Source of the DNA: Eledone cirrhosa
Lineage: Eukaryota
DNA length: 64,000 nt
Direction: 5' to 3'
Assembly: GCA_964016885.1 (NCBI GenBank)
Contig: OZ024740.1
Span: 398,536,001-398,600,000 of the forward strand
Within the stretch, counting starts at the first letter, position 1, and each line of letters opens with the position of its first letter. Made by a program: the position numbers and the translations under genes. Of the stretch, positions 46,878-63,713 are shown piece by piece. The notes beneath the pieces were generated by a model, which saw only the letters and a program-made list of their open reading frames with translations, was not told the DNA's origin and did not search any database.

Positions 46878-46878
<1 letters not shown>
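46027..46878 (+). mobile_element. Neptune-like PLE 3' end: duplicated GIY-YIG, 3' UTR and pLTR
   Basis: 46027-46394 is an inverted copy of 43577-43942 and continues to the native stop (HEWNSNITTYN*). The element ends in (TA)n. Confidence 0.92.
46627..46669 (+). ncRNA. Minimal hammerhead motif (H3, Neptune pLTR)
   Basis: GTCA-CTGAAGA-g-GTCACA(gaatg)TGTGAC-GAA-AG(aa)CT-T-TGAC. Also at 48099-48141. Confidence 0.7.
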
Positions 46879-46925
<47 letters not shown>

Positions 46926-47050
46926 GAATATATATATATATGTATATATGTATATATGAATATATATATATATGTATATATGTATATACATATATATATA
47001 TATATATGTATATACATATATATGAATATATATATATATATGTGTGTGTG

Positions 47051-47400
47051 TGTTTCAGAAGATCCCTTAATAGGGTGATAGCAAAAGTTCTTTGCTTAAT
47101 CTTTAATCTGTACTAATAATTGTTTCTACTTTGGGCACAAGGCCAGCAATTATCCCAGTGTATTACTGCTAATTTATTTTATCGACCCCGTAAGGATGAA
47201 AGGCAAAGTTAACCTCGGCAGGATTTGAACTCAGAATGGCAAGGGCCGTAACTCTATGTGTCAAAGAATAGCGTCCGACCCTACTAATAATAAATATTTG
47301 TTCTACGGGTTTATGAATATATATAATATATATATATACCCAAAATCCTTATCGAGCCCTCTTCGGATGTTGTTCTTCGTAATTATTATTTATTTTTATA
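47051..47400 (+). mobile_element. Family H5 terminal element interrupted by SINE A (47118-47283, -)
   Basis: Matches 12270-12430. tactaataat occurs on both sides of the SINE (47111, 47282), consistent with a target-site duplication. Confidence 0.78.
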
Positions 47401-47583
47401 TATATATATAGAGAAAATGCTGACAAATTGTTCACAGTGAAAAATAGTTTAATTAGGAATAAATGAGAATTAGTAATTGTATTGGTTAGTATTCAGTTTT
47501 GGTTTTAAGTGTTACCGGTTGCGCATTTCTAAATGCTTTTCAAAAATAATTTTGAGATAGAGCGTCCGTGATGTTTGCTCTGG

Positions 47584-47640
<57 letters not shown>

Positions 47641-47644
<4 letters not shown>

Positions 47645-47967
47645 GGAGGTGAGTTTTATTGTAGTACAATAAAGCAATGCAGATATCGGATAAGAAGCAC
47701 TCTACAGTTTGTAGGACTGGAGTATACATAATATATAAGATCAAAAGATGGTTAAATGAGTTCCATGTATTTTATTATGCGCATTTCAAAAACAAATATC
47801 ATCATGCAATATGTTGATTTAAAACTGCACTATCCACAAGTGTTTTTAACCTTCATATCATGTCCTCATATTTTATCTGATGAAAACACAAATGTTATTG
47901 CATGATGATATTTGTTTTTGAAATGCGCATAATAAAATACATGGAACTCATTTAACCATCTTTTGAT

Positions 47968-47972
<5 letters not shown>
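47641..47972 (-). mobile_element. Foldback pLTR element (family H2), complete HHR at 47869-47939 (+)
   Basis: Same 3' terminus as 35718 but a different inversion breakpoint (inside stem II). Confidence 0.85.
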
Positions 47973-48047
<75 letters not shown>

Positions 48048-48051
<4 letters not shown>

Positions 48052-48288
48052 GTAGGACAGAACAAAGGAGAGGCACAAAACAAAGAAAAGAATCCTCAGT
48101 CACTGAAGAGGTCACAGAATGTGTGACGAAAAAACTTTGACAATATATGAACAACCGTCCGGTTATGGAACCAACCAACCAACCGGAAATTTATAAATTC
48201 TTAAATTTATAATTTAATTTATAATAAATTGGAGTGAAAGCAACTGGTGCGTGTGTTTCTTATTGGCAACATGACCCTCCCAAAGCAT

Positions 48289-48293
<5 letters not shown>
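48048..48293 (+). mobile_element. Neptune pLTR fragment with H3 HHR
   Basis: Matches 46575-46820. Confidence 0.85.
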
Positions 48294-48325
<32 letters not shown>

Positions 48326-48326
<1 letters not shown>

Positions 48327-48504
48327 ATTGTTTCTACTTTAGGCACAAGGCCAGCAATTATCCAGTGCATTACTGGTACTTTATTTTATCGACCCCGTAA
48401 GGATGAAAGGCAAAGTCAACCTCGGTGGGATTTGAACTCAGATCGTAAAGGGACGTAACTATGCTGGAAAGCATGGCGTCCGACCCTCTACTGATACTGC
48501 CAAT
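48326..48504 (-). mobile_element. SINE family A
   Basis: Consensus match. Confidence 0.88.
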
Positions 48505-48689
48505 CCTCAAGACTAAAATCCAAAGAGAGATCGATAAGGATAAATATATATCAAATATATAAGAACCGTAGAGCAAATATTTATTAAAATAACAGATTGA
48601 AGTTTAAGCAAAGAATCGCTGTTTTCACCTTTAACGGGATCTTCGGTGAAAGCAGCGATTCTTTGCTTAAACTTTAATCTGTTATTTTA

Positions 48690-48691
<2 letters not shown>
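48505..48691 (-). mobile_element. Foldback mini-element (family H5)
   Basis: Arms 48583-48629 and 48645-48691 around the stem II region. Confidence 0.75.
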
Positions 48692-48741
<50 letters not shown>

Positions 48742-48844
48742 TTCGATTTCGGCAGATGTCTCTGTCCTTTTTCCCTCTCCAAGGCTTATTTCAAACACTT
48801 CGGTAACTTATCGGTTAATATATACACTTGTATATGTGTGTGTG

Positions 48845-48890
<46 letters not shown>

Positions 48891-48894
<4 letters not shown>

Positions 48895-48949
48895 AGAAAG
48901 TTTAACCCCGACGGCAGAGCTCAAGCCGTTTCGACGGCTATTTCTGGAC
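48891..48949 (-). mobile_element. Family H4 fragment ending in HHR stem II
   Basis: ...gccgtttcgacggctatttctggac followed by (TA)n. Confidence 0.7.
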
Positions 48950-49000
48950 TATATATATATAATATATATGCGTGTGTGTATATATATGTGTGTGTGTGTA

Positions 49001-49119
<119 letters not shown>

Positions 49120-50544
49120 ATGTATAGCGAAACTAACTTCTTACTAAAAGAAATGCATGTTAACGTGATAAGCCGTGGTTGGTTATACCAAATTTGCAAT
49201 GTAAGCACTTCAGAGATGTACATATTTCTCTGGGATGTATGCATATTTTCCCATCAAACCCCCACACTCAGACTTTCTCTTTCTCTTTCTCTCTCTCTAG
49301 AAAACATGACTAAATCTTCCTGCCCATTCGAAATATCAATATGAAACACAGCTTAAACATTTCCAAAATTAAGCTAGTAATAATTAAGGGAGGAGATAAT
49401 GATTGTTATAAAAGAGTTTCACGAGAGCTCTTCTATATAGTTGCTCGACATGCTAACACTAATAACCAAATCTACCTCATATCACATCCTACCATCTTAA
49501 AAGAATAGAATGATTTTGGATAATTTACTCTTAGATAAACTGTTTCTAAATAAAAAGAATGGGTGGTGACAAGATAGTACAATCGTATGTTTGATTATCG
49601 ATCTGCTGGATCGGGATTGACATGAGCTAAACAACAATAATACCGACAATATAATCACCGCCACCACTATTTCTTCCGCCTATAACAACAATATTATCAT
49701 CGGCCCACCTCCGCCATTATCAACACATTCAATACTAGCGGTGAAGAGAACCACTATGCAGTTACTCGAGATGCTAGAAGGAGCAGCCAATTCTCCCTTA
49801 ATTCCCATTCCAATACTATTTTTGTTTTATTTTTTGTTTTGTTTGTTTTAGTTTTTTTTTGTTTTTTACATACGCAATGGAAATTGTGGTCGTGGATCAA
49901 TGTGTCTGTCTGGTTAAAAGAAGAAATGATCACGACTCAACCATCTTTGGTCATTTGTCTGCCCAATGAAGTCTGAGCTAAACATTGGACCTGTTAGAGA
50001 TAACACCAAAATTTCCGTCCAATCACAACTGTTTTAAAATAAGGAAAGGCAGATTGAATAATGTGGCCCATGAAACTGTCTAGAGGGGCGGAAATACATG
50101 ATGGCTGTGTAATTTAGTTGAGCATAGGATTCCTCAATCAAGACTGACTTGGGAGTAAACAGCAACGAAAAATATAATAGGATCGTTATGTATAAAAGAA
50201 ATAGAAAAAAAGGTTATGTCAGAATTTAACTAGTAACAGATGATAAAAAAATTCATTTTAAAAATATCTGAAAACGTTTTATCAGATCTATACAAGATGT
50301 TCGAAGATTTGACAGTGATATTTCTCTTGGGAATTCAGTGAGGTGACTTTTCATTATTTTTTTAATTTTTACTGCATAAGGACAATGGACTTACACAAAG
50401 GAAAATTGAATGGGGCGTGTGTGTATTGCGTATCAACGTATATGAATGTCTACAAATATATATTGATATAAAAACATATGTATTCGGGTTTATTTATCTG
50501 TGTACGGACGCACGCACGTGTGTGTGTGTATGTAAGGCAGGGAG

Positions 50545-50690
50545 TGTGTGTATATGGAAGGCAGGTAGCTGAAGTAAGTGCAAGGATTGCAGGAGCTTGT
50601 GCAGTAATGCGCCAGCTTCAGCATCCGGTAATCAGAAGAGAGGTAGGTGTAAAAGGTAAACTCGCTATCTTCAATTCGGTGTTCGTGCCA
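50545..50690 (+). mobile_element. Small RTE-like LINE fragment
   Basis: EVSARIAGACAVMRQL...KGKLAIFNSVFVP. Confidence 0.55.
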
Positions 50691-50829
50691 ATTAAAAACA
50701 AAATTTGTTTTCGCTCTAACATAGTGGATACCTAAATGTATTCGTGAGTTAATATTATTAATATTCGTTTCATTTGCAAGTAAACAGCCTCATAACATCA
50801 TGTGTGTTTTCTAGACGACTGTTTTTAGT

Positions 50830-51472
<643 letters not shown>

Positions 51473-51572
51473 TTTTTACATATCTCTATACCCACTCTAC
51501 ATCTCACCGTATATCGCGTACTCACATGATTAGTGGTCTAATCGGGCCCACTACCGCAGGCTCTCTCAGTCA

Positions 51573-51643
<71 letters not shown>

Positions 51644-51681
51644 CAAGAAACGAAGCGAGCTGTGTGGTTACTGTAAACAAA

Positions 51682-52148
51682 GTTTAAGATGGTAATATGG
51701 ACGAAACAAGAGAAGAACCCCTTCGTCAGCTGTTAACTGCAGATCATAGATCTTTCGGCGCTTAAAACAGGACATCGAAAGCGATCAGCAGCGCGCCCAA
51801 GGCCTTTTATCAATCAAAAGGCCATGAAGGAAAAAAAAGAAAAAAGTGAAGAGAAGGCAGAAAGAGGAAAAACGAAGTAAACAAACCGAATGGAGGGGGG
51901 GGGGCACAGGACAATGGAACATGCAAATTAGTAACCGAGGAAAAAATAGAATAAGTTACAACGAACCGATTAGACTTAAGTCTTGTGATGCAATAACTAA
52001 GAGCGATGTAGTTCCGTGCGGTCGCAACAGAGTGCGCGCTGTTGGTCGCTTTCGATGTCCTATTTTAAGCACCGAAACATCTATGATCTGCAGTTAACAG
52101 CTGACGAAGGGGTTCTTCTCTTGTTTCGTCCATATTGCCATCTTAAAC
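51682..52148. mobile_element. Inverted-repeat element (arms of about 110 bp, spacer of about 250 bp), probably PLE pLTR-derived
   Basis: 51682-51795 is approximately the reverse complement of 52035-52148. Flanked by (TA)n. Confidence 0.6.
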
Positions 52149-52257
52149 TATATATATATATATATATTCGTAAAATTTGAGTATTCTCGCGCTGAGAATA
52201 CTCAAATTTTACACTCATCACTTCAAACCTTTCCAATTAACGTTATATATATATACA

Positions 52258-53902
<1,645 letters not shown>

Positions 53903-54399
53903 TTCCAATAAAAATGTCACAGAAAAGAGGTACAGGAGTAAACGCCCCCATTCAAGCCCCATACAGATGTAACAGGCTGGTAGATTTTTAAAGGAACCAT
54001 GGAATAATTTGGGTCTATTCAGCCAATGACGTTTTACGAGGGAGGGGTGCCATCCTGTCTGATAGGAGCCCGGGTTGATTCAAGTTAGTAGGATATGCCT
54101 CTTATTAGTCACTTTGCTTAGCAGTTCCGAGTCTATATTTGATTGACCTGTGAATTAACTTGTCAGAGTTCGTTGTAAGGAGACATTTTCCCCATAAATA
54201 TGTAGTTTAAATTTTATTTTATTTTTTCATAATTTATGGGAACTTATTTTAGGTGATTCTATTAACTAGCACAGTAATAGTCCCTTATCTAAATGTAACC
54301 TCATCATCTTTTCTTATCTTTAAGATATAAGGCCGAGCCAGATTTAGTATCACCAACAGGCAGTAAATCCGATAGATTATATACTTTTGATCCGCACAA

Positions 54400-56100
54400 C
54401 CTGCAATTGTCGTTATCGCTTTGTCCATATAACATCTTCATTGAGTTGGTACTTAGGACTTGATCCTGGCGGTTAAAAGCAAACCCTCCGTCTCGCTCTC
54501 TTCATATTTCCCCTTTTCAACCAATCCCATGATCTTTCAGTTTTCAGGTGTCTAGTCTATTCTTCAAATTAGCCGTGTAAAGGCATTGACGCTCTCAATT
54601 CGTGCTTTTCTTTCTCAACTCTTTTCTTGTAATCCTTTTTTTTTCATGTTTTCTTTCACTAATTTACATGTCTTGACAACGGATTTGAGTAGTATCTCTT
54701 TGCTGTTTGCAACGTAAGAGTCTATGCCTCTCCTCTCTGCTGCGACGCTTTCTTCTATTCCAATAAATCCTCTCCCACCATTCTTTCTTGATTCATACAG
54801 CCTCAAAACATTTGCACTCTTATAAATTTCCCCCGTCTCTACCAACATCGTCCTGGCCTCTCTGCCAATGTCTTCCAGTTCCTGCTTGGTTCAATTGAGG
54901 ATCGCCACACTGTATCGTACTACTGCAACAACCCAGCAATTTATAGCTGTCATCAACTTTACAAGTATTCCTACTTTTCTGAAGTATGTTTCTTTGACTA
55001 GTTGTTTCATCTGACCATCAAGGATTTCCTCAGCCTTTAATACACCAAGATATTTATATCCTGGTTCTTCGGGTTCGGATATGTTCCCTCCATTTGGGAG
55101 TTCTATTCCGTAGCTGTAGATCCTTCTTCCTCGTCTCATCGACAAAACTGCACATTTTCTAACTCCAAATTCCATTCTAATGTCCTTAAAGCAGTGATGA
55201 ACAGAATCAATAAATCGATCTGATTTTCATTCTTAGCAAATAACTTCAGATTATCCATGAACATTGACTTAACAAAGGACCCTCTCACTCATGATTGTAC
55301 CCAATCCCTGTCTCACGCAGAACAAAAGATAAGGGTATCAATATGAAGGCCATTACATGTGCAGTGCCCAACAAGGCAGTCATTTGTCGGAGATTAATTT
55401 ATGCTTTGAGGTCTATTTACTCAAGATACCACTTGGTGGTATTCGTCAAAGCTCTGACAACTGGAATTACTTTGATTTTGCTAAGTGGTGTTGACCACAT
55501 TTCTGCAATTTCGATTTTCAAGCCAGTATATTTTATCATTTTTTTCAATTTCTTTCAAGACTGAGTTGTGGTATCCTGGGATGGTAACATCAGTAATATA
55601 GTAGTCATAATTACTGTATCACGTATGTTGTGTTCAAGTTTGTGGCATGTTTGGAGAGTAAAATCCGTGGGTATCTTTGGTTTGTCTGTGTCACCAAGGA
55701 CACTTATCAGATACCTGGTATCCATATTTTTACACATTGACCAAGGAAAGTTTATACAGACCTATACATTTCTTCTGTACACTTTTTTTAGAATTTTGCA
55801 CGCACTATGTGAGTAACTCTTGCTGTATTAATTCCACATAGACGGTACTTCACACTCTCACCAAGATAGTATATCCTTTTAGTCACCGAATTAGTACTCC
55901 AAGCTTGTCTTTGACTAATACCACCCTTTCTAGATCACCGAGAGAGAACCAATCCTAACACCTTTCAGCTTTAAACTCAGACATTTGTCATTCAAACTGG
56001 CCATACAATGTCTTTATAATTACTGCTTCTCTTTTATCCACAAACTCTTTTTACTCTCCTTCTTTCTCTTTTCTACGCCCATTGCTGCTGAGACATACAG
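54400..56100 (-). mobile_element. R4/Dong-like LINE remnant
   Basis: MEFGVRKCA, YKYLG, AINCWVVAVVRYS, RLYESRKNGGRG. The boundary next to (CTT)n is uncertain. Confidence 0.75.
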
Positions 56101-56106
56101 TAGAAG

Positions 56107-56235
56107 TCTTCTTCTTCTTCTTCTTCATCTTCTTCTTCTTCTTCTTCTTCTTCTTCTTCTTCTTCTTCTTCTTCTTCTTCTTCTCTTACTCATCCTCCTC
56201 ATCCTCCTTCTTCTTCTCCCTTCTCCTTCTTCTTT
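56107..56235. repeat. (CTT)n/(CCT)n microsatellite
   Basis: Directly visible. Confidence 0.95.
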
Positions 56236-57726
56236 ACTATTTATCACATGGTAATTAATGGTCATTCTCGATACATTCTATAACACTTATCTTCTTTTAG
56301 TTCTGTGTTTCATTTACAGCCGTTGTTTTCAATGGTTATAACCCGGAACCTTAAACAATTCCTTTGATTAACAGAATAGAAAGAAAGAAAGAAAGAAAGA
56401 AAGCAAAGAATGGCAATGAAATTTCTAGTGACAAACCAAGAATGGCATTGCAGAAATAACACGATCTCGAATTTCAAATGAAAAGAACTCCATAATTTAA
56501 TGAGTAATTCAAAGTTCCAGAAAGATTACTGTCACATGTCCCTCCAGACGTGTATGACAAATTACTGCAATGTATATATTAGTTCTTCGTACCATTAATA
56601 TTCTTTGTGTCCTATGACAAGACCACTTAACAGCACTTATCTTGTTGTAGACTGTAAGCTCCCAGTGAACCGTGTCAGGAAGTTCTGTCTTCAATTCTCG
56701 ATAAAAGTCAAATCTACTACACTTCCTCGTGTCACTAACACCACTCATGCCCAATACTATTCCCTACTTCAATCTTTTGAGTTTTTGCAGCTATTTATAA
56801 GATATCAGTGACCAAACAGAGGTCCCCTCCTTAGCGCGAACCCTACCAACTTAAACAAACTATGGAGATGGTTGTGTTTGGGACTCTTTTGATTATAGTC
56901 GTAGAGGTTATGCTGGTATTGTATTACAAGTGGCTGTAACAGAAGGGTGTCTATGGTGTTGGTACTGGTAGTGGTGTTAATGATGGCGGTGGTAGTATTA
57001 GTATTGGTATTGGTGGTAGTGCTTATGTAGGTCTTATTGATAGTAAATGTTGCTGAATGAGAGAGTGATGGTTTTTATGATAATGATGGGGATAGTGGTG
57101 GAGGTTGGAGGCAGCTGCTGCTGCTGGTGGTGGTTGTAATGGAGCTTGTGGTGGTGGTAGTCGTCGTCGTCCCTGTCGTTTTGCCATGATGATGATGGTA
57201 GAAATTAAACAAGGCTGTAGTTTGATCGCTTCTGTACATTCCCAACAAGACCCGTATGAGGATATGAACACAGAACTGCGATCTAACGCAATACTCTTTA
57301 ATTACTCAGTGATTCTGTTGTTTTAGTGCTGTACTTTGACAGCATATGTGGTACTGATTTACAATTAAGTAAAACAAGTTAAGAATTATGTTTTAGCCAG
57401 GGTAGACAAAACAGCCTGCAAGTAGAAGCGATGGTGCTTACATCACTACCGTCAACAACGTAAAAAAATTAATGAAAGAATCTCTACTGTACAGTCGCTT
57501 GACCTGCTAGAAATAGCAGCCAAATCTTCAAATTACACCTTACTGTCTTGAAAAGGTGAGTACACCGCTGTTTCTTGTAAGCTGTGCACACACACACACA
57601 CATACGTATTTTGTTACCAGCTCACAAAAGAAATTTTTGTTCACACAAAAATTTGGTATGTGCAGATAAGGATAGTTGCCTAAAATAACGTAGTAGTATA
57701 TAACAATATATATATATATATATATA

Positions 57727-58397
57727 TACGATATTAATAAATGGAAACTATATTTATAAAACCATATTTATTTCATTATACATATTTCAGGGATACCAAA
57801 TTAAATTATGGTATGCTTTCATCAGACAAAATACAATATATAACAGTTTTACAAATAAGCTTTGACGTACCCTTTTAAAGTGCGACCATTATTTTTGGAA
57901 GCCATCTGGATAGTGAATTGTTTATATTATTTTAATAAGTCTTAGTGTTAAGGACAATTAGAAAAAGACGGAGAGAGAGAAAAAAGAAAAAGAAAAAACA
58001 TGGAGAAAAAAGGAAGAGATAAATAAAGACAGGAGGAAAGAAAGAAAAAAGAAAAAAGGAAGGAACAAGAAAAACAGAGGAAAGCAACAGAGAGATATCA
58101 AATCAACAGACAGATAGAAAGACTCAATAGAGAGAAATAATATATAGAGGGAGGGGGAGATAATGAAAACTTTACGTCATGTCATATTAAGTTGAGTTAA
58201 CAATTTATATGAAATGAATAATAAAAATATAAATATTAATATTCATGAATGGGACATAAATATATAATATGAGAAATTAAACATTGTTTAATAATGATTA
58301 TATGTTTAGTTTAAAAATTGAGATCAATATACTAAAATTTAAGTTTAAGCAAAATGTACACATTGCTAGAGAAACCACTATCTTACGGCAAAGATAC

Positions 58398-58455
<58 letters not shown>

Positions 58456-61230
58456 GCACATCCTGAAAATAGAAATTATATCTACTCAAGCCTACAATAT
58501 AGACATACAAAACACAAATGATTTCTCTTAATCACTGCTATACATTCCATGTGTTATAAAAAATTCACAGTATATATACATAAATATATACGATTAACAT
58601 TCATGCCTTCATATATACGATTACCATTCATGCATTTAACATTCTGTTAAAATTATGCATATCTGCAATCAAAACTGTGTGGGTAGGCAGGCACACACAT
58701 AACTCTCACCTACACACATACATATACATATATATATATATACACATACACATATGTATAAATAAATATTTGCGTGCGTCTTCACCAATTGTTAGACCCG
58801 CATCATTCCTGTACACATACAGACAGATATACAATCATAAAAAAAAAAAACATATAACACTTTTATATGCATGTTAATACACACATACATATTTGTATAG
58901 AGATAATCAAATATCAATATATTACTAAAGGATTATACTTTGGAAATATAATTATAACAATATAAATTTAAAATACCAAAGGATTATATTTTGGAAATAC
59001 AATTATATCAGTATAGTCTAAAGAAAACGAATTCTAGAAATATCAAAACACTAAATATCTTTAAAACACTATAGAGTATCTTAAGTTAAAATAATATGTT
59101 TCATATATTTAGTATAGAAATTTTTCCTACGTATATTTCAATCAAGATATTGAAAGGGTAGACTTATGAAAATTGTGAGAAGCTATCAGAATCAAAACTA
59201 ACCTAATAAAAAATAAATAAAAATAAAAATAAAAATAAAAATAAAAATAAAAATAAAAATAAAAGTTAAATAAATATTATATCAATATAATATAAAAATT
59301 TAAAAATTTAAAAAGTTTAAAAAATTTAAAAAGTTAAAAATTTAAAAAGAAAAAAAGAAAAAAAAAATTTTTAATTTTAAAAAGCCAAGGATTCTACAGA
59401 TATCCTTATATTTAGTATAGAAATTTATCTTATCTTACGTATATTTTATTTAAGACATTGGAAGTATAGACATTTTAGAGTAGTTTATTATATCTATGTT
59501 TATATTTAGGAAGAAAATTTAAAATGAAAAAGGTGAAGGAATCTAATGATTTATCGACAGATTTCATATATTAACTAAATTACTTAATTAATTATACTAC
59601 ATTTTAAATTTATATTTATATTTAAACGTTGAGTTCAATCTATGTCTGCAGCAACTGAATAAATTATTCCTTAAATTAAGGGAATTTTTGGACTTTAATA
59701 TAAAGAATATTTCTTCAATACAAAGATCACACTTTTCTGAAGAGGAATTAAAAGGAGTAGCTTATGAAATAATATTCCAAGTCATCAAATATTTAACATT
59801 ATCTCGTTTTAGGTCCCATAGTAGGCTAGATAGCGAAGTTGAAGATTTTTTGTTTGGATCTGTGAAAGAATTTTTATGATTATTGAAGCGAAATTTAAAT
59901 TCTGTAGAGGTAGAATCGACATAGTTAAATGAATTTAAATTAGTTTTAACATTACAATTGTACAATACATTTTTAGCTAAGCAGTTGTTATTTAACGGAC
60001 AGTTAGATTTATTTCTACAGTTACAGTTATTCAATTGAATATTGCTTGGGTTATTATTGGTATTTTGGTTAGGTTTTAAGTTTCTATTATTAATTCCATT
60101 AATATTTTGTGCTACATTTTTGGTGGACGAGTAAGTTAATTTTATAGTATGTCTATTAAAAATTGAGTAATATTTATGTGTTCTAGGGAAGCATTTGTCA
60201 AGAGCTTTAAAGAATAGTTTAGCAATAGGGGTTTTAATATTTAGTGAGAAAGGGGGAGCAAACCATAATATATTTCTAGTTCTATTTCTTTTTCGGCTTT
60301 TGAAATTATTGTAATGTTTTCTATTATAGTTGTTTTAGTTGTTACCATAATTAAAATTGTTATTATTTTGGTTAGTTTGCTTATTATTATTATTATCGAT
60401 GTATTTAATTTTATTTCTATATCCAGCTCTACCTAACGCTTCGTTGTAATACTGCGCTTTTTCATCAAATATATTTTTATTAGATGAAATTCTTGAAATT
60501 CGTTCTTGAACAGAGTTCACTATAGTATTTTTAACAGATCTGGGGTGATTAGCGTTAAAATTAACATAATTCAAGTTCTCATTTAGTTTGTGAAATGGAT
60601 AGTGAAGATATGTGTTGAGATTTAGTGTTACATCTAGAAAATTGACTATTTTATGGTTATTCTCTATTTCTACTTTTAGATTAAGGTAATTAAAAAATTG
60701 TATAATTTGTTTTCTTTTTATATTTAGTTCACAGCTATTATTTTCTATAAGTAAAAGCATGTCATCACGATATAAGCCTCCGGTTACACCTGGTATTTTT
60801 CTATGTAACGAATTAATTATAAATAGGCCCACAAGGTCCGTTACCTGAGCTGAGTCTGATGATCCCATAGTTATGTCGAAATTATTATTTCTATCTGCCC
60901 TAGTCCAGAGTTGGTTATTAAATTCTATCAATGTTTTCCTTGCCGATAATATAATGTGCATTTCATTGCTAGTTAGGTCTGTATGTTTAAATGCGTAATT
61001 TAGTGCCTTATTCGGTAGATTAGGAGTGATAGATGAATAGTAGTTAGCAATATCCAGCTGAATAAACTTATTATTATAGTTATATTTAATTTCTTTAAAC
61101 CAATCGATAGCCTCACTAGTCCCTTTCCATAATTTTAAGTAAGATAAATTAGGTAAGTTTTTAATTTGTTGTATTACTCTGTCTAGAATATTTTTGCTAA
61201 GTTTGCCCAGGTCAGATTTAGATGGTGCAA
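57727..61230 (-). mobile_element. Naiad-1 PLE copy C (RT, GIY-YIG, 3' UTR, HHR at 57769-57833)
   Basis: ORFs 60335-60961 and 59762-60034. Colinear with copy B. Confidence 0.93.
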
Positions 61231-61544
61231 TATATATATATATATATTCGGAGGGTATGCATTAGTTTCAGAAAAACTTTGCACAATATATGTTTTATTA
61301 GTACAATGATTACTAAAAATTAAAGGGAATATTGGACATTGGTTAATGTTAGTCTTAAGTATAAACAACAGCAACAGTGGTCAACGATCAGACAAACGAT
61401 ATGAGAACAATTATGTTTTATGAGGACCGTGGTTAGCTGATAGCTATCTATATACTACTAAAACTCTGATCTTGATTGTTTGCTTGCTTACTTGCTTGCT
61501 TGCACACACTTTCTCTATATATATGTATGTTCATATTTGTGTAT

Positions 61545-61846
61545 ATACAGGTTGTCCCCCAAAAAATATATACCCACTTTGATTGCCTATACATGCATTA
61601 TTTGTTAGGATGGTGTATACATTTTTAGGGACCCCGGTCTATATATATATATATATATGGTGTCCCCGAAAAATGTATACACACTTTGATTACCTGTTCA
61701 AGCAATATATATATTAGAATGGTGTATACATTTTTAGGTACCCCGGTATATCTATATACGGCGTCCCCGAAAAATGTATACACACTTTGATTACCTGTAC
61801 ACGCAATATATATATTAGAATGGTGTATACATTTTTAGGGACCCCC

Positions 61847-61891
<45 letters not shown>

Positions 61892-62087
61892 TATATGGTG
61901 TCCCCGAAAAATGTATACACACTTTGATTACCTGTACAGGCAATATATAAATTAGAATGGTGTATACATTTTTAGGGAACCCGGTATATATATATATATA
62001 TGGTGTCCCCGAAAAATGTATACACACTTTGATTACCTGTACAGGCAATATATATATTAGAATGGTGTATACATTTTTAGGGACCCC

Positions 62088-62134
<47 letters not shown>

Positions 62135-62427
62135 TGTCCCCGAAAAATGTATACACACTTTGATTGTACAGGCAATATATATATTAGAATGGTGTATACA
62201 TTTTTAGGGACCCCGGTATATACATATATATATGGTGTCCCCGAAAAATGTATACACACTTTGATTATCTGTACAGGCAATATATATATTAGAATGGTGT
62301 ATACATTTTTAGGGACCCCGGTATATATATATATATATGGTGTCCCCGAAAAATGTATACACACTTTGATTACCTGTACAGGCAATATATATATATTAGA
62401 ATGGTGTATACATTTGGAGGGACCCCA

Positions 62428-62467
<40 letters not shown>

Positions 62468-63184
62468 TGTCCCCGAAAAATGTATACACACTTTGATTAC
62501 CTGTACAGGCAATATATATATTAGAATGGTGTATACATTTTTAGGGACACCGGTATATATATATATATGGTGTCCCCGAAAAATGTATACACACTTGGAT
62601 TACCTGTACAGGCAATATATATATATTAGAATGGTGTATACATTTTTAGGGACCCGGTATATATATATATATATATATATATATGGTGTCCCCAAAAATG
62701 TATACACACTTTGATTACCTGTACAAGCAATATATATATTTAAATGGTGTATACATTTTTAGGTACCCCGATATATCTATATATGGCGTCCCCTAAAAAT
62801 GTATACACACTTTGATTACCTGTACAGACAATATATATATTAGAATGGTGTATACATTTTTAGGGACCCCGGTATATATATATATCTATATGATGTCCCC
62901 GAAAAATGTATACACACTTTGATTACCTGTACGGGCAATATATATATTAGAATGGTGTATACATTTTTAAAGATCCCGGTATATATATATATATATATGG
63001 TGTCCCCGAAAAATGTATACACACTTTGATTATCTGTACAGACAATATATATATTAGAATGGTGTATACATTTTTAGGGACACCGGTATATATATATATA
63101 GTGTCCCCGAAAAATGTATACACACTTTGATTACCTGTACAGGCAATATATATATTAGAATGGTCTATACATTTTTAGGGACCC

Positions 63185-63241
<57 letters not shown>

Positions 63242-63647
63242 TGTCCCCAAAAAATGTATACACACTTTGATTACCTGTACAGGCAATATATATATTAGAA
63301 TGGTGTATACATTTTTAGGGAGCCCGGTATATATATATATATATATGGTATCCCCGAAAAATGTATACACACTTTGATTACCTGTACAAACAATATATAT
63401 ATTAGAATGGTGTATACATTTTTAGGGACCCCGGTATATACATATATATATGGTGTCCCCGAAAAATGTATACACACTTTGATTATCTGTACAGGCAATA
63501 TATATATTAGAATGGTGTATACATTTTTAGGGACCCCGGTATATATATATATATATATGGTGTCCCCGAAAAATGCATACACACTTTGATTACCTGTACA
63601 GGCAATATATATATATTAGAATGGTGTATACATTTGGAGGGACCCCA

Positions 63648-63713
<66 letters not shown>

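Noticed and set aside
52095-52130. CTGACGA followed by AGGGG as a hammerhead core
   Set aside because: No closing stem II plus GAAA follows it on that strand.
57023-57326. Pro/Ala/His-rich ORF resembling a transcription-factor low-complexity region
   Set aside because: It arises from degenerate (GGT/GAT/GCT)n trinucleotide repeats, with no splice or domain support.
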